From a virus (taxonomy: Duplodnaviria; Caudoviricetes): a DNA stretch of 61,169 nt. Both the position numbers and the translations under genes were made by a program. Location: the IMG/VR virus record IMGVR_UViG_3300031227_000040, positions 1 to 61,169 of that record; one strand, written 5' to 3'. Below are positions 26,403-36,396 of the stretch, one piece after another. Position 1 is the first letter of the stretch; every line of letters begins with the position of its first letter. The notes beneath the pieces were generated by a model. The model worked only from the letters and a program-made list of their open reading frames with translations. It searched no databases and had not been told where the DNA came from.

Positions 26403-28025
26403 ATGGAAGTTAAAGACGATAAAATCTTTCAGTGGTTGAAGGATCAAAAGATCTATACAGATAGTGGAGAACCATTTGAGTTTGAACAACATGGATTTTT
26501 AAAAGATTTATTTACAAATTTTAATAAGAACATTGTAGTAAAGAAATGTTCACAGATTGGTGTTTCTCTTGCGTTACTTTCAAAGATACTTTACTTATCA
26601 GATACTATGGACAAGAGAGTTAATACTCTTTATACTTTACCAACTGATGATGATGTTAAAGATTTTGTCAGAACTAAGTTTGACCCTATTGTTTTGGATT
26701 CTTATTTGAGTAAGTATGCGGAGGGTGTACGTAAAGAAGATAAAGTTTATTCCATTCAATTAAAGAAGATCTCTAATTCATTCTTTTACTTTAGGGGGTC
26801 TAAATCTAAATCAAAAGCTTTAAGTGTTTCAATTGATATCTGGATAGGAGATGAATGGGATTACCAAGATCAGAACATTAAGGAAATGTATTCTGAAAGA
26901 CTTAAGGGTTCTGGTTCTTTAAGAATTAATTGGAAGGTAGGGAATCCTACAATTCCAAATTACGGAATAGCTAAAGAGTTTGAAGACTCTACTCAGAATT
27001 ATTGGTACATTACTTGTCCAATGTGTAGACACGTGCAGCGTTTAGTTTGGCCTGATTCTATAGATAAAGAAAGAAAGGTATACGTATGCCGTCAGTGCCA
27101 GCGTCCTCTCACTGATGAGGTAAGGCTAGATGGTAAATGGATCCCAACCTACCCGGATCGTAAGCTAAAGGGTTATTCCTTTAACAGATTAATGGCTACT
27201 TGGTTCACGGCCGAAGATATACTTGATGACTTTAAGGTTAAGAAGATAGAGAATTTTTATAGATTTGTTTTAGGAGAATCATATGAAGGTAAGGGGATTA
27301 ATATTAAGACTAAGTTTAAAACTTTCTTAACGGACTATAAAATAAAGGAAGGTAAGAGAATTATAGGAATAGATCAGGGAGATAGATTCTATGTGGTCTC
27401 CGGTATAGCTGGAAAGAAACATAGGATAATCGATTATGCTGCTGTATTTGATAACCCTGCTGAGATTAATGAGATGATCGCTGAATTAAAACCTGAACTA
27501 GTTGTGATGGATGCTTTACCTAACAAACACTTAGGGAGGATTTTCCAAAAGCAGTATGGTAAAAATAAATTCCTCCTAGCAAATGAGAGAGAGAAATCTT
27601 TAAAGGCGGTTGAATCTTTAGATATTGATCATAGACTTGGGGTTGTTAGTGCTGATAGAACTATGGTACTAGATGAAATGTTTTCATTCCTTGAGTCTGG
27701 AGTTTTAAAAATAAATAAGAATACTTCCAATCAGGACCTTTTCAAAGATCATTTATCTTGTATCGTTCCAGAAGAAAAAGAAATTCGTGGAGTCTTAAGA
27801 AGAAGATACAAGAAGATTGGTGAAGATCATTTAGCCTTTGCTTTATCCTTTTTTCAAATTGGTGCAGCCATTATGGTCCCAATTAAAATAGAAAAGAAAA
27901 AAGATTTGGATAAAAAAGATTTGGAAAAGAAAGAACATAGCAATGATATTATGGATGATAAAGATTTCCGTAAAGCATTGGCTGGAAAAGAAACAGATAA
28001 ATGGGAAGAGATAACAACAATTTAA
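26403..28025 (+). CDS. terL: terminase large subunit (lambda gpA-like)
   Basis: KCSQIGVS Walker-A variant, WIGDEWD Walker B, GNPT, CPMC...CRQC Zn finger, RNase H-like IGIDQG, and DH near the C-terminus. Confidence 0.9.
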   Translation: MEVKDDKIFQWLKDQKIYTDSGEPFEFEQHGFLKDLFTNFNKNIVVKKCSQIGVSLALLSKILYLSDTMDKRVNTLYTLPTDDDVKDFVRTKFDPIVLDSYLSKYAEGVRKEDKVYSIQLKKISNSFFYFRGSKSKSKALSVSIDIWIGDEWDYQDQNIKEMYSERLKGSGSLRINWKVGNPTIPNYGIAKEFEDSTQNYWYITCPMCRHVQRLVWPDSIDKERKVYVCRQCQRPLTDEVRLDGKWIPTYPDRKLKGYSFNRLMATWFTAEDILDDFKVKKIENFYRFVLGESYEGKGINIKTKFKTFLTDYKIKEGKRIIGIDQGDRFYVVSGIAGKKHRIIDYAAVFDNPAEINEMIAELKPELVVMDALPNKHLGRIFQKQYGKNKFLLANEREKSLKAVESLDIDHRLGVVSADRTMVLDEMFSFLESGVLKINKNTSNQDLFKDHLSCIVPEEKEIRGVLRRRYKKIGEDHLAFALSFFQIGAAIMVPIKIEKKKDLDKKDLEKKEHSNDIMDDKDFRKALAGKETDKWEEITTI

Positions 28026-28026
28026 T

Positions 28027-31000
28027 ATGGATACACAAAAGTTTTTAAAAGAGGTTAGTGCATCTAGGGAGATTCATGATAACTTCCTTAGTGCTACTGA
28101 AAAGAATTTATCGTATTTCTTTTGGGGAAAAGATCAGGAGATTGTAACTTTCAAAAAGGGTTTGTTTTCCTATGGGGATTTTATTAGTGCGATGGAATCT
28201 GTGGCCCCAAGTGCTTTTAATCCTAGTTTAATTCCTTTACAGATAATGTTTCAAGAGATGGGGAATTCTAAGATTAAAGTTCGTACAGCTCCTACTGGGG
28301 CTTTAACTAAAGTAGATGGAGCGTTTGAATTTGGGATTGAGTTATCTCAAAAGCTTACTAATATGTTTGAGAACTTTAGTCCTCATGGATTGACGGCCTT
28401 GTTTGAAATGATTAATCATTCTTACATGGTCTTTTATTTAGATGCAGGCCATGGGACAATACATTCATTAAGTTGTTCAGATTTTTATCCTGGAGATTCA
28501 GAGATCTCAGACTTACAATCACAACCATTTGTTGTTAGATTAACTAGTCCTCGTAAAGAATTATTACTAAGAAGTATTCCTAACTCTACTGATCCCAGAA
28601 TAAATTCCTCCGCTTATCATGATATTACTAAGCTATCTGAATTAACTGCAGTTCCTATTATAGATATCTGGAGTAAGGCAATTAATAAGAGAATCTTTAG
28701 CCTCCCTACTGGTGAGGTTTTATTTGAAGATGAAATGCCGGATGTAAAGACTTATCCTTTCTTTAAAGCTAGTGATAATCTTAGTCCTAATCGTTGGTAT
28801 ACTATGCCTATCATGTCAAAAATAAGACCGTTGCTTGAAAAATATAAGAAGGTTACAATGGCTATTGATCATGCAACTCATGCACAAGCTAGACCTTTGT
28901 TAGTTTATGATGAAGAAGCTTCTATTAATATTCCTAAACTTAAAGCTCAGTTGCAAGAGGGTGGTAAGAATATTCTAGTAGGTAAGAGTGAGATAGGTGA
29001 TATTCGTTACAAGCAACCCGGGCAGCTTCCAGAGTATGTCTTTGCTCATCAAGCAAATTTACTTGGTCAGATAAATCAATTACTAGGGATTGCTGGGATG
29101 GCTAGAGTTGGTGCAGTTAGAGAGAAGGGGGCCGTTGAAGCAATGATCCGCTCTTCTTTACGTCAGTTCATTTTCTATTCTAATCAGATTAGAGGAGCTA
29201 TAGTTAAGGCTAGTGATTACTATACTAGATATGTTCAGACTCATCGCCTACAATTTTTAAAAGAATTTAATGCTTTAAATTCCCCCTCTCCTTTATGGAC
29301 AGAGGGAGGTTATAAATCAGAAGTTGAGGTCTTACCTTCAGTAGCTTCTAGAACTTCAACTGAACAAGCTTTTATTTTGAGAAAGAATGATAAGGGACTT
29401 ATTTCTAAAGAACAAGCTCTTAGAGAATTAGGATATTCTAATCCTGATAGACAAAAGAAAGAATTAAATGAAGAGATATTAAGTCAAAAGAAATTAGCTG
29501 AAGAACTTAAGAGACCTTCACTTTCTTTACGTCAGGAAGTAGAACAGGTATTGGGTCCAGTATTAGGATACGTGCCAGATGTTCTTCTCTCTGGAGATTC
29601 TAAAGCAGTTGTTTCAGTTAATGAAAAGGATGTTGAGAAGTCACGTTTCTTATTAGGAGATATAAATGATAGAGTTTATATAGACGGATCAAGAGATCCA
29701 GAAACAAAGTCAGAAGAGGTAGAGTCTATGAGAGACAGAGTATCTGAACAACCTGCTCAACCGCCCATGGAAGCTAAGCAACCAACTGAGCAACCGGTTG
29801 AACAGCCAGCTGAACAGTTAGCTGAGCAGCCAGCCGAAGAACCAGTTGAGAAAGCTGAAACTACTAAGGAAGAAGCTCCTAAAGAAGCTGCTCCTAAGAT
29901 TAGTAAGTTTAAACAGATACTTGAAAAGTTAATTGAGATTTCTAAGGTTGGAATAAAGAAAGAAGCTGTAGGAAAGTTCATAAGTAAGTATCCTGGAATT
30001 TATTTAGCAGACCCAGCAGGTAATGATATCTATAGTGGGAAGAAATTAATGATAGTTAAGTCTAGGTTATTTGATATTATAGATAAGCCTCATATTTTAT
30101 TAGGGGGGAAGTTTGCCTATGGTGTTATAGTGCCACGTCTCCAGTTTAAAATGGATAAGAAAAGATTTCTAGAATTAGAGAAGTATCATTTAATATCTGA
30201 TAAACAGAGAAAGGAATGGTGGGACAATAAACCTTTACATGGATATTTATTTGAATTTCATAAGTTTGAGGAACCAGTAGAATGGGAACGCAAGCCTGGG
30301 GTTAAGAACTTTGTCAAAGCTCCAATTCCTTTGCGAACTGAGCACCTTGGTGTTCCGTATACGGGGGATTTAAAACCAATGAACTTAACTCCTTTTAAGA
30401 TTCCGCCTCCTGCAAAGCCAGAGAAGAAAGCTTTCCAGCCCTATGAAATATTTTCCCCCACTAGATTAAAAGATGTTATTCCAGTAGGAACTTATAATGT
30501 ATCAGAGAAGATAGATGGCATTAGAACTTTCTGTTGGAAGGTGGGAGATAAGGTCAAGTTCTTCACGGATACAGGAAACGAAATTAATGCTGCTAAACTT
30601 ACATTAGTAGCTGACTCAGTACGTAGTCTCTTTAAAACTCAGGATGTTTTATTAGATGGTGAGTTAGGAATGAAGGGGGCCAAACATGAGAGTGTTACAG
30701 GATTTGTGAGTAAGACTAGTCCGACTCCCGAAGAAAAAGCTGCCGTTGAATATATTACTTGGGATATTCTTTACTTGAATGGTAAGTCTTTAGCAGATAA
30801 ACCTTTCATAGATCGTTATAGATTACTTAATCTTAAGATTAAACCTGGACAAGCTAAGGGGAAAATTAGAAGAGTTAAAACAACTAATGCTTCTAGGGAC
30901 CAATTAGCTAAAGCAACTAAGACAGTAACTTCTCCAGAAGGCGTAGTCATTAGAGATATTGATGCAGCTTACTGGGCAACTCATGCAATGTACAAGATGA

Positions 31001-31407
31001 AGAAGACTGCTGACTTAGATGTTAAGATTATTCATGTAGAAAAAACTAAGAATAATCTCCCTGTCTTTCACTGTGCCTTAAGGGATGGAACTTATATGGG
31101 CCAAACCTATGCTCAGGGCGAAGTTAAAGCGATTAGAGGGGATGTTATTCGTGTGATGGTAGATCATTTTACAATTAGACCTGATGGTTCTATAGGGTGG
31201 TTTGCTCCACGTCCTAAAAATATTAAGTCTCCAGGCGCAGCATCTCTTAAACAGAAAGGTATTGGGAGTCCTGATACAATAGCATTTGTTAAGGAACATT
31301 ATCTCAGTCATTCTGGTACAGAGGAAGCTTGGAATAAATGGTTCCCAGCATTTAAAGCTTGGAGAATAGGTCCGATGAAAAAAATAATTAGTAAGTTAAA
31401 AGAATAA
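28027..31407 (+). CDS. portal protein fused to ASCH-like domain and ATP-dependent DNA ligase
   Basis: Directly after TerL with a ~500-aa helical portal-like N-terminus; PAEQ linker; GIYL..P....IYSGKK...K (ASCH-like); ligase motifs EKIDG, LLDGE, WDILYLNG, EGVVIR, KMKK plus an OB-like tail. Confidence 0.8.
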   Translation: MDTQKFLKEVSASREIHDNFLSATEKNLSYFFWGKDQEIVTFKKGLFSYGDFISAMESVAPSAFNPSLIPLQIMFQEMGNSKIKVRTAPTGALTKVDGAFEFGIELSQKLTNMFENFSPHGLTALFEMINHSYMVFYLDAGHGTIHSLSCSDFYPGDSEISDLQSQPFVVRLTSPRKELLLRSIPNSTDPRINSSAYHDITKLSELTAVPIIDIWSKAINKRIFSLPTGEVLFEDEMPDVKTYPFFKASDNLSPNRWYTMPIMSKIRPLLEKYKKVTMAIDHATHAQARPLLVYDEEASINIPKLKAQLQEGGKNILVGKSEIGDIRYKQPGQLPEYVFAHQANLLGQINQLLGIAGMARVGAVREKGAVEAMIRSSLRQFIFYSNQIRGAIVKASDYYTRYVQTHRLQFLKEFNALNSPSPLWTEGGYKSEVEVLPSVASRTSTEQAFILRKNDKGLISKEQALRELGYSNPDRQKKELNEEILSQKKLAEELKRPSLSLRQEVEQVLGPVLGYVPDVLLSGDSKAVVSVNEKDVEKSRFLLGDINDRVYIDGSRDPETKSEEVESMRDRVSEQPAQPPMEAKQPTEQPVEQPAEQLAEQPAEEPVEKAETTKEEAPKEAAPKISKFKQILEKLIEISKVGIKKEAVGKFISKYPGIYLADPAGNDIYSGKKLMIVKSRLFDIIDKPHILLGGKFAYGVIVPRLQFKMDKKRFLELEKYHLISDKQRKEWWDNKPLHGYLFEFHKFEEPVEWERKPGVKNFVKAPIPLRTEHLGVPYTGDLKPMNLTPFKIPPPAKPEKKAFQPYEIFSPTRLKDVIPVGTYNVSEKIDGIRTFCWKVGDKVKFFTDTGNEINAAKLTLVADSVRSLFKTQDVLLDGELGMKGAKHESVTGFVSKTSPTPEEKAAVEYITWDILYLNGKSLADKPFIDRYRLLNLKIKPGQAKGKIRRVKTTNASRDQLAKATKTVTSPEGVVIRDIDAAYWATHAMYKMKKTADLDVKIIHVEKTKNNLPVFHCALRDGTYMGQTYAQGEVKAIRGDVIRVMVDHFTIRPDGSIGWFAPRPKNIKSPGAASLKQKGIGSPDTIAFVKEHYLSHSGTEEAWNKWFPAFKAWRIGPMKKIISKLKE

Positions 31408-31409
31408 TT

Positions 31410-32141
31410 ATGTATACAAACTACTACATCGCAGGTGTTCGCGATGGTAAAAAAACTAGAGTCTTTAATAAGAATCTTCATCAGGGTATTTTAGCTGCAA
31501 GGAAAATTGGTATGAAGCCTACATCGAAAGATGCTTATGGTTATGACTCTAAGAAAAAGAAATGGGAAAGTTTAAAAACTTCTGCTCCTGTTGCTGCAAC
31601 TTTTAGGAAAGATGCTGCTAAGTCTTTATTAGAAAAAAGTAAACCAGTTAAAAGGATAAAGAAAGATTTTAAAGAAGTAAAACAAATGACTCGTGGATTG
31701 ACTGCTAAATCTTTATTGGAGAAAGGTATAAAAAGAACTAGTGATAATGCAAAGGCAATAATTGGAGTTGGAGCTGCTATTCTTAAAGGAGGACAGAAGA
31801 TTTTAAAGAAAACTAATTTTATAGTTCCAGCTGTTAAACTCTTAGGGGAAAAAATTAAGGTAGCAAAATCTACCATAGAAGCTAATCAAGCTCGTAAAGA
31901 TCTATTGAAAAAGTTCAGTGACGATTTACCTTCCACTATAATGGGAGCAGACAATTACAATAAAGCAGTTAGGACTATTGATGATTACTTAAAGAAAGGA
32001 AACTATGTAGCTGCTTCTAATTATATGGTTACTCAATTATTCAAGTTAGAGAATCAGACAAGAGGAACAGGAAGTAATACATACGTAGCAGATAAACTTG
32101 GTAATTGGTATGGGAAACATTTAACTTTTCCTGAAGAATAA
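31410..32141 (+). CDS. basic hypothetical protein (head module)
   Basis: Lys-rich; internal repeat AKSLLEK x2. Confidence 0.6.
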   Translation: MYTNYYIAGVRDGKKTRVFNKNLHQGILAARKIGMKPTSKDAYGYDSKKKKWESLKTSAPVAATFRKDAAKSLLEKSKPVKRIKKDFKEVKQMTRGLTAKSLLEKGIKRTSDNAKAIIGVGAAILKGGQKILKKTNFIVPAVKLLGEKIKVAKSTIEANQARKDLLKKFSDDLPSTIMGADNYNKAVRTIDDYLKKGNYVAASNYMVTQLFKLENQTRGTGSNTYVADKLGNWYGKHLTFPEE

Positions 32142-32143
32142 TT

Positions 32144-32377
32144 ATGACTAAGAAACAAATATATAAAGTTACGTATCATGATATTTCTTCTATCAACAAT
32201 GAGGTTATTGTAAAACCTTATAAGAACTTGATGGCAACATGTTATATCATTGGGGAAATTCTTGAGGACGAAGATACTATTGTGGTAAAATATGGTGGAG
32301 GAATTGGGGAAGAAGATAATGATAGTTGCTTTGATGTTATTCCTAAATGCTGTGAAATAAAAAGAGAGAAGATATGA
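32144..32377 (+). CDS. conserved small phage protein
   Basis: V.Y.D...C...G....IPK.C pattern typical of small beta-barrel phage proteins. Confidence 0.5.
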   Translation: MTKKQIYKVTYHDISSINNEVIVKPYKNLMATCYIIGEILEDEDTIVVKYGGGIGEEDNDSCFDVIPKCCEIKREKI

Positions 32378-32661
32378 ACAAAGAAATCTTTCAGTTAACT
32401 ATGATTAGTCGTAGACTTTCTACCTTAAAAGGAAATAAAGGCAAGGTTTTTCTAGTAGGGGGAATGATTACGAATGGTCGGTCCGTTAGAGACATTGATA
32501 TTTTAGTTCAGAAGAAAGAAGATATTCCTTTAGTTAAAAAAGCAATGGGTCCATTTAGTAAGGATGTTCATTACTCAGTTGATAAAGGAAGCAGACCTAG
32601 TTCTAGATCTTACTTAACAATAGAACCAAAGAGTTTACCAGAAGTTAATAAGATCTTCTAA
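32374..32661 (+). CDS. minimal nucleotidyltransferase (Pol-beta superfamily)
   Basis: KVFLVGG-MITNGRSVR-DIDILV matches hG[GS]x9 DxD. Confidence 0.7.
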   Translation: MNKEIFQLTMISRRLSTLKGNKGKVFLVGGMITNGRSVRDIDILVQKKEDIPLVKKAMGPFSKDVHYSVDKGSRPSSRSYLTIEPKSLPEVNKIF

Positions 32662-33554
32662 TGAAAATAGATACAGAAAAAGTTAAGGGGAAATCTTATA
32701 AGGTTTATAAAGGAACTAAGATTCCTACTAAGGCAGAATTTTTAAGACGGGCTTTAAAGAAAGCTAAAGATTTAGACGTACATGAGAAGTGGATTGACTT
32801 CATTCCGGCTACCTTTACACTTCAATTACATGGTTGGTTTGATGAAGGAAGTTATGGAAAAGGCAAACAGGCCTTGACAAAAATAATATCTATTGTTAAG
32901 ATATCTTTAAAGAATCATGAAGACCCAATTCTTAACCTAAAGTATGGAAAGTTTCATTATGATTTACGAATAAAAAAGAAAGGTTCAGTTACATGGTTTG
33001 GTTTAACTACCTTTCGATTACCTTGGACCGGGACCCCTGAAGATAAAGTAATGGGAACTGTCAAAGGTTATCAAGCTCTAGTTAAGGGGTCTGAAAAATT
33101 AAATAAGTTTTTAAGAACAAAAGCAGAAGAAGCTTTAACTACTCAAGGAACCTCCGAACGTAGAGATCGTCCAAAGTGGATGAAGATTAAAGCAGAGTTC
33201 TGGAATCCTCCTGGACTAGGAACTCCTACTGGACAGCCTGGTGTAATGATAGCAATCGAATATTTAAAACCATGTGTTGTTCATAGAAGAGAATTAGATT
33301 TTCTGGATGCAACATTTATAGGAGAATTTTTTAAGGGAAGATATTACGATAGGCTAGTTGAAAGGAAATTAGAAAAAGGTTTTGGTTTAGGATTCTATTT
33401 TTGGAGAGCGAAACGTGCATGGAGTTTAGCAGCCATGGAGAAAATTGCTAAGGGTCAGACTAAGAAAGAATCAGTAGAAGTAAAGACTCAAGATGAAACT
33501 AATGAAATACAAATCTCCCTTAAGCCTAAATGGAAATATAAAAGTTCGAAATAA
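32661..33554 (+). CDS. LigD-type 3'-phosphoesterase (PE) domain protein
   Basis: FTLQLH ... FHYDLRI matches PE F..Q.H / HYD.R; late GEFFKGRY resembles the PE G..L.G.Y strand. Confidence 0.6.
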   Translation: MKIDTEKVKGKSYKVYKGTKIPTKAEFLRRALKKAKDLDVHEKWIDFIPATFTLQLHGWFDEGSYGKGKQALTKIISIVKISLKNHEDPILNLKYGKFHYDLRIKKKGSVTWFGLTTFRLPWTGTPEDKVMGTVKGYQALVKGSEKLNKFLRTKAEEALTTQGTSERRDRPKWMKIKAEFWNPPGLGTPTGQPGVMIAIEYLKPCVVHRRELDFLDATFIGEFFKGRYYDRLVERKLEKGFGLGFYFWRAKRAWSLAAMEKIAKGQTKKESVEVKTQDETNEIQISLKPKWKYKSSK

Positions 33555-33576
33555 ATAATAAGTTAATCTTGTTTAT

Positions 33577-33822
33577 ATGGCTGAGAAAAAAATAATTCTA
33601 GTTTGTCCTAAGTGTGGCGCAAAAGAGGAAGTCGCAATAGGAACAAAAGATTTAAAATGTAAAAAGTGTAACATTGCTATGCTTCCTGAAGAGAAGGCTA
33701 AGGCTTTTGCTAAGGTTTATGCAGCTGCTAATGTTAGACGAAGACGTAGAGATGCGGCTAGAGGTTTAGCTAGAGGTTTAGCTAACAAGACTGAAGCTGG
33801 CTATGGATACGGTGCAAAATAA
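33577..33822 (+). CDS. Zn-ribbon protein
   Basis: CPKCG...CKKC followed by an Arg-rich tail. Confidence 0.6.
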   Translation: MAEKKIILVCPKCGAKEEVAIGTKDLKCKKCNIAMLPEEKAKAFAKVYAAANVRRRRRDAARGLARGLANKTEAGYGYGAK

Positions 33823-33826
33823 TCAT

Positions 33827-34009
33827 ATGAAACTATTAGACTGGTTTAAAGTTAAGAAATTTAACTTGATTGATGCAAAGATTTTTGCTTTGTGTGGTAT
33901 GTTTATAGGAATGATACTAGCTAAGTTAGTTGACATTAATGTTTATTTACTACTTATATTAGCTGCATTACTTTATATTTGTATCATTCAAAAGGTTTTC
34001 AAAAAATAA
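33827..34009 (+). CDS. small membrane protein
   Basis: Two hydrophobic segments; ATG at 33827. Confidence 0.5.
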   Translation: MKLLDWFKVKKFNLIDAKIFALCGMFIGMILAKLVDINVYLLLILAALLYICIIQKVFKK

Positions 34010-34029
34010 TTAATCATAAATATTAAATT

Positions 34030-34821
34030 ATGAAATTAAAGTTTAGCGAAAAAAAAGAAGAAGAAGAAACTAAAAAAGACGAAGAAGTTAAAGAAGAAAA
34101 GAAAGAGGAAAAAACTGTAGAAAAAACTGTAGAAAAAACTGAAGAGGAAGTTGTAGTCGCTCCTGATAAGTTTATGGAAGCTATCAATGCAGTTAAAGCA
34201 GGTCAAGAAAAGCTGGGGGAAAAACTTGGAGATGTTAACACTCGTCTTGATGTAATGGAAGAGGAAAAAGAAGAAGATTTTAATAGTGTTGGTGATGATC
34301 TATTTAAAGAAGATGAACCTGTTAAGGAAGAACCTAAGACAGAAGTTAAGGAAGATATTAAAAAGACAGAGGAACCTGATCTTGAAGCAGCTATTGCTGA
34401 TGAGGAAGGCTTTAGAAATAAAGTCTCCAAAGGTCAGAGATCTATTGCAGAACGACAAGATAAGATTGAGAGAAAGATTGATGAAGGTGAACTTAAAAGA
34501 GAAGTAGGAATTGCTAAAGAAAAATTCCCCAACGCAAAAGATACTGATATCCTTAGAGGAATAGCAGATGATCCTAACAAGTCAGCTATGGAAATAGCTG
34601 AAGAACTAAGTACAAATTTTGATAATACACGCAATGAAATGCGTAAAGAAATTAAAGAGGAACTTGAAGCAGAGGTAAAAAAAGAGCAAAAAGGTAACGT
34701 CTCTTTACCTCAGACACCAGGTTCAAAAGACTCTTCTACTGAAAATCCCGCTGAAGCTGGGGGCTTAGACCCTTGGCAAGATGCTAGGGATAAAGCAAAG
34801 TCGGAAGTTGAAGAAGAGTAA
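34030..34821 (+). CDS. capsid scaffolding protein
   Basis: Very E/K-rich coiled-coil protein directly upstream of the MCP. Confidence 0.75.
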   Translation: MKLKFSEKKEEEETKKDEEVKEEKKEEKTVEKTVEKTEEEVVVAPDKFMEAINAVKAGQEKLGEKLGDVNTRLDVMEEEKEEDFNSVGDDLFKEDEPVKEEPKTEVKEDIKKTEEPDLEAAIADEEGFRNKVSKGQRSIAERQDKIERKIDEGELKREVGIAKEKFPNAKDTDILRGIADDPNKSAMEIAEELSTNFDNTRNEMRKEIKEELEAEVKKEQKGNVSLPQTPGSKDSSTENPAEAGGLDPWQDARDKAKSEVEEE

Positions 34822-34851
34822 AAATTGTTTAATAAGACTTAAAGTCTTGTT

Positions 34852-35856
34852 ATGTCCTTAATTGCAGAATTAACAGCTGCAACTCACAAGTATTACTCTC
34901 CAGTAGTCATTGATCAGATTTTTCAGTACTCACCTTTATTGTATAGAATATTCAAAATTGCTAAGGAAGGTTCTTGGGGTTTAGCACAAACAACTAGTGG
35001 TGGTCGTAAGATTGCAGAAACGCTAGAGTATCAGGAAACCGCTCAGGCTTCCGGGTCTCATGGTGGATACGCAAGCTCCGACACATGGGTCGCTGATGAC
35101 GAAGATTCATTAACTCAGGCTGAATATAGCTGGAAAATGTATCACGCAACCGTCAAGATTCCAAACATCACAGTATCAGAGAATTCAGCGAAAGCTAGAA
35201 TCTTCGATATTGCCGCCATTAGGTTGAAGAATGCTTCCAAAACTCTTAGAAAAGATCTAGCAACTGACCTCTATGCAGATGAAACCGGTGAATCAGGTAC
35301 TACAATGATGGGTTTACGCGCACTTGTCAAAGCCACTGGTACTATTGGTGGAATTGATAAGGGAAGTTACTCATGGTGGCAAGGTGTCATAAGCACAGCT
35401 GAATCAAATCGTACATTAACTTGGGCGATCTTGAACGACTTGTTTATGGATACTAAGCATTATGGTGACGGAGTCGCTTTATCTCTCTTTGTCTGTTCAG
35501 ACGGAGTAATGCAGAACTATGAAGATACCTATACCAAAGTCGTTGGTGCAGATACTTCTACTTCAGGTGTTCGCTTAGCTTTACAATCTGGTAAAGTACT
35601 TGAAGGTGGATTCAGATCCTTTATGTTCAAAGGAATCCCAATCGTTTCAGATCCTTTTTGTCCCGCAAACAAACTATTCGGTTTAACAGAACAATTCCTA
35701 CATGCTAGAATTTTAAAACAATTTGGAACTCTCGGTTGGAAATCAATTGAAGATCAAGGTAAGGATTACCTCCAGGCCACTTTTAAAGGTTATTTAGCTT
35801 TTACTTGTAGTTGTGCTAGAAAGCAATCTATGGCTGAAGCTTTGACTGAAGCTTAG
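34852..35856 (+). CDS. major capsid protein (HK97 fold, podovirus-type)
   Basis: 334 aa after the scaffold; Y.WK..., LYAD, GL.ALV...GTIGGID....WW, FKGIPIV.DP motifs; followed by a terminator hairpin. Confidence 0.85.
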   Translation: MSLIAELTAATHKYYSPVVIDQIFQYSPLLYRIFKIAKEGSWGLAQTTSGGRKIAETLEYQETAQASGSHGGYASSDTWVADDEDSLTQAEYSWKMYHATVKIPNITVSENSAKARIFDIAAIRLKNASKTLRKDLATDLYADETGESGTTMMGLRALVKATGTIGGIDKGSYSWWQGVISTAESNRTLTWAILNDLFMDTKHYGDGVALSLFVCSDGVMQNYEDTYTKVVGADTSTSGVRLALQSGKVLEGGFRSFMFKGIPIVSDPFCPANKLFGLTEQFLHARILKQFGTLGWKSIEDQGKDYLQATFKGYLAFTCSCARKQSMAEALTEA

Positions 35857-35876
35857 ACTGTTACATAGTGATTAAT

Positions 35877-35910
35877 GGGGCGTGGCTTTAGGTTCGCGCC
35901 CCTTTATATT
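35877..35910 (+). terminator. terminator after the capsid gene
   Basis: GGGGCGTG...CGCGCCCC stem followed by TTTATATT. Confidence 0.6.
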
Positions 35911-36396
35911 ATGAAAAGAAAAAAGTTTTGTTATGTGACTTGGTATCATCCATGTCTCAAAACTAGAAATGATTTAGAAGAGCTAGATCAAAAGGTGTTT
36001 GTTCTTTATCAAGACAGTAAGCAATCAGTTCTTTTAAAGAATGTGAAGATGTTTTATTCTTTTATAGATAATAGAGCAGTAGGAATGAATTTCCTTATGC
36101 ACTATTTAATGTCTAAGTATTATTGGGTGGTAGTTTTTCATCCCAAGGTTCAAGTGTCTCCAGATAAGATACAGTTCCCAGACTATTCAAGAGTGTTTTA
36201 TTCTGCTGGGGAGGATTGGCAAAATCTCCCTAAGGAGTTTAGCTCAATGCATTTCTCTTACATTTTACGAACCTATGATTATCTACCATGGAATACTTCT
36301 AAGACAGACGCTGAATCTTTAGCTGAGTATATTAAGTCTATTAAAGTTTCTAACTTATCTAAACAAATAAATCCTTATTGGAAATTAATTTTATGA
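35911..36396 (+). CDS. hypothetical protein
   Basis: ATG 35911 is preferred because the track start lies inside the terminator. Confidence 0.55.
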   Translation: MKRKKFCYVTWYHPCLKTRNDLEELDQKVFVLYQDSKQSVLLKNVKMFYSFIDNRAVGMNFLMHYLMSKYYWVVVFHPKVQVSPDKIQFPDYSRVFYSAGEDWQNLPKEFSSMHFSYILRTYDYLPWNTSKTDAESLAEYIKSIKVSNLSKQINPYWKLIL

